A stretch of 64,000 bases of DNA. Source: an uncultured Erysipelotrichaceae bacterium. GTDB taxonomy: Bacteria; Bacillota_I; Bacilli_A; RFN20; CAG-826. The DNA is taken from contig CADCLU010000001.1 in assembly GCA_902802355.1 (NCBI GenBank), positions 5,533 through 69,532 on the forward strand. The letters run 5' to 3'. The notes under the pieces are model-generated. The model made no database searches. It was given only the letters and a program-made list of their open reading frames with translations, and was not told the origin of the DNA. Position numbers and translations under genes: made by a program. Of this stretch, positions 62,815 to 64,000 are shown piece by piece (position 1 is the first letter of the stretch; each line of letters opens with the position of its first letter).

Positions 62815-64000
62815 CTAGCCGACAGAATCGGACATATCGAGCTTGATGAGACGGTTGAGCTCGATCGCGTATTCCATTGGGAGTTCTTTGGAGAATGGCT
62901 CAATGAAGCCCATGATGATCATGTTCGTCGCGTCCTCTTCGCTGATGCCACGGCTCATGAGATAGAAGAGCTGTTCTTCATTGATCTTGGAGACGGTAGC
63001 TTCGTGTTCGATATAGGAGGATGCGTTCATGATCTCGTTCTTTGGATAGGTATCCGAACGGGACTCACTATCAAGGATGAGGGTGTCGCATTCGATGTGC
63101 GAGTGGGCGTTCTCCGCGCCTTCATGCATACGAACGGTGCCACGGTAGTTGGCAACGCCACCATGAGAGCAAACGGACTTAGAAATGATGTTCGAGGAAG
63201 TGTTCTTTCCGATATGAATCATTCTCGAACCGTTGTCCTGGAATTGGTTTCTGCCACCGACAGCGATCGAGATGACTGTGCCTTTGGCACCATCACCCTG
63301 AAGGATGCAGGCTGGGTATTTCATGTTACGGAGGGAGCCGATGTTGCCATCAACCCATTCCATAAGACCATCGTCCATGACAAGGGCTCTTTGAGTGACC
63401 ATGTTGACGATGTTGTTGGACCAGTTCTGGACGGTCGTGTATCTGCATCTCGCGCCTTTGAGAACGATGATCTCAACGACAGCGGCATGGAGAGATTCTT
63501 TGCTATAGATTGGGGCGGTGCAGCCTTCAACATAGTTGATGGAGCTGCCTTCGTCGCAGATGATAAGGCTTCTCTCGAACTGTCCGGACTTCTCGTTGTT
63601 GATACGGAAGTAGGACTGAAGAGGCTTATCGAGTTTGACGCCTTTTGGAACGTAGATGAAAGAACCACCACTCCAAACTGCGCCATTAAGGGCGGCGAAC
63701 TTGTTGTCGTTAAACGGGACAACGGTGCCGAAATATTTCTTAAAGAGTTCTGGGTAAAGCTTCAAGCCCATGTCAGTGGAGAGGAAGATGACGCCTTTCT
63801 CTTCGGCTTCTTTGAGCATGTTGTGGTAGACGACCTCGGATTCAAATTGGGTGGTCGCACCGCTAAGGTACTTCTGCTCAGCTTCTGGGATTCCGAGTTT
63901 CTCAAAGGTGTTCTTAACGGCCTCTGGGACGTCTTCCCACTTTGTGGATTCGCTATCAGCGACCCTGGTGTAGTAATGATATGAATCGAAATCGAGGAAG
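62815..64000 (-). CDS. sufB: Fe-S cluster assembly protein SufB (5' end lies right of the window)
   Basis: The frame stays open to base 64000. SufB blocks [14 protein letters not shown] and RGISEEDA, with the C-terminal end ...LDMSDSVG. Confidence 0.9.
   Translation of the reverse strand, partial: FLDFDSYHYYTRVADSESTKWEDVPEAVKNTFEKLGIPEAEQKYLSGATTQFESEVVYHNMLKEAEEKGVIFLSTDMGLKLYPELFKKYFGTVVPFNDNKFAALNGAVWSGGSFIYVPKGVKLDKPLQSYFRINNEKSGQFERSLIICDEGSSINYVEGCTAPIYSKESLHAAVVEIIVLKGARCRYTTVQNWSNNIVNMVTQRALVMDDGLMEWVDGNIGSLRNMKYPACILQGDGAKGTVISIAVGGRNQFQDNGSRMIHIGKNTSSNIISKSVCSHGGVANYRGTVRMHEGAENAHSHIECDTLILDSESRSDTYPKNEIMNASSYIEHEATVSKINEEQLFYLMSRGISEEDATNMIIMGFIEPFSKELPMEYAIELNRLIKLDMSDSVG

Noticed and set aside
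62650-63984. A 444-aa plus-strand ORF, the longest unannotated ORF in the track.
   Set aside because: It is exactly antisense to sufB, whose minus-strand translation carries unmistakable SufB blocks. The antisense product is a D/V/G/F-rich sequence with no motif, SD or promoter. It is a typical mirror ORF produced by codon bias.
57262-64000. The chromosomal origin (oriC) near parAB, rsmG and mnmG.
   Set aside because: There is no dnaA, dnaN or rpmH in the window, and I could not find a cluster of TTATCCACA-like boxes by eye. I record only the synteny hint as a low-interest finding.

Overview
This is a 64-kb core-genome segment from a bacterium that uses the standard genetic code (TGA is a stop). 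It looks Firmicutes/Mollicutes-like: Bacillus-type gene neighbourhoods, a compact type-B RNase P RNA, many lipobox lipoproteins, and large insertions inside ABC ATPase domains. I call 58 CDS (48 on the minus strand), rnpB, a guanine-type purine riboswitch, an FMN riboswitch, two intergenic repeat loci and a set of terminators and promoters.

Gene content, left to right:
- degV, pepC, a low-GC AAA ATPase and a PfkB sugar kinase.
- An apparent 8-gene minus-strand string: lipoprotein, oppABCDF, a small membrane protein, and an HExxH lipoprotein peptidase.
- An acyl-AMP/CoA ligase and a polytopic membrane protein, then an M32 carboxypeptidase.
- A riboswitch-controlled BMP-type nucleoside/purine ABC importer, then pepF, nfu and an IMPase-family gene.
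- rpoE, argS, ispF, ychF and csp.
- Two tandem MacB-type NBD-FtsX fusion proteins.
- DUF951, tcdA, miaA, miaB, ymdB and rny.
- recA, cinA, pgsA, rnpB and a gpsB-like gene.
- A membrane-bound XRE regulator, an exonuclease, recU, nth, dnaD and a short class-II nucleotidyltransferase.
- hup, der, cmk, a ferredoxin and FMN-riboswitch-controlled ribU.
- parB, parA, rsmG, mnmG and sufB (partial).

I saw no tRNA or rRNA genes, CRISPR array, transposase, integrase or recognisable defence genes. I do not find a convincing self-contained novel system. The best leads are:
1. A YmcA/YlbF-like extension fused to MiaB, in the same gene string as RNase Y and YmdB.
2. The paired MacB-type transporters with very large, dissimilar ectodomains.
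3. A 52-bp convergent overlap of recU and nth, exactly where Bacillus carries ponA.
4. A 33-bp tandem repeat upstream of pepC.
5. A duplicated 45-nt palindromic module flanking the low-GC AAA ATPase.
6. Several promoter-to-ATG geometries that suggest leaderless mRNAs.

All family assignments rest on motif recognition by eye. No database search was run.
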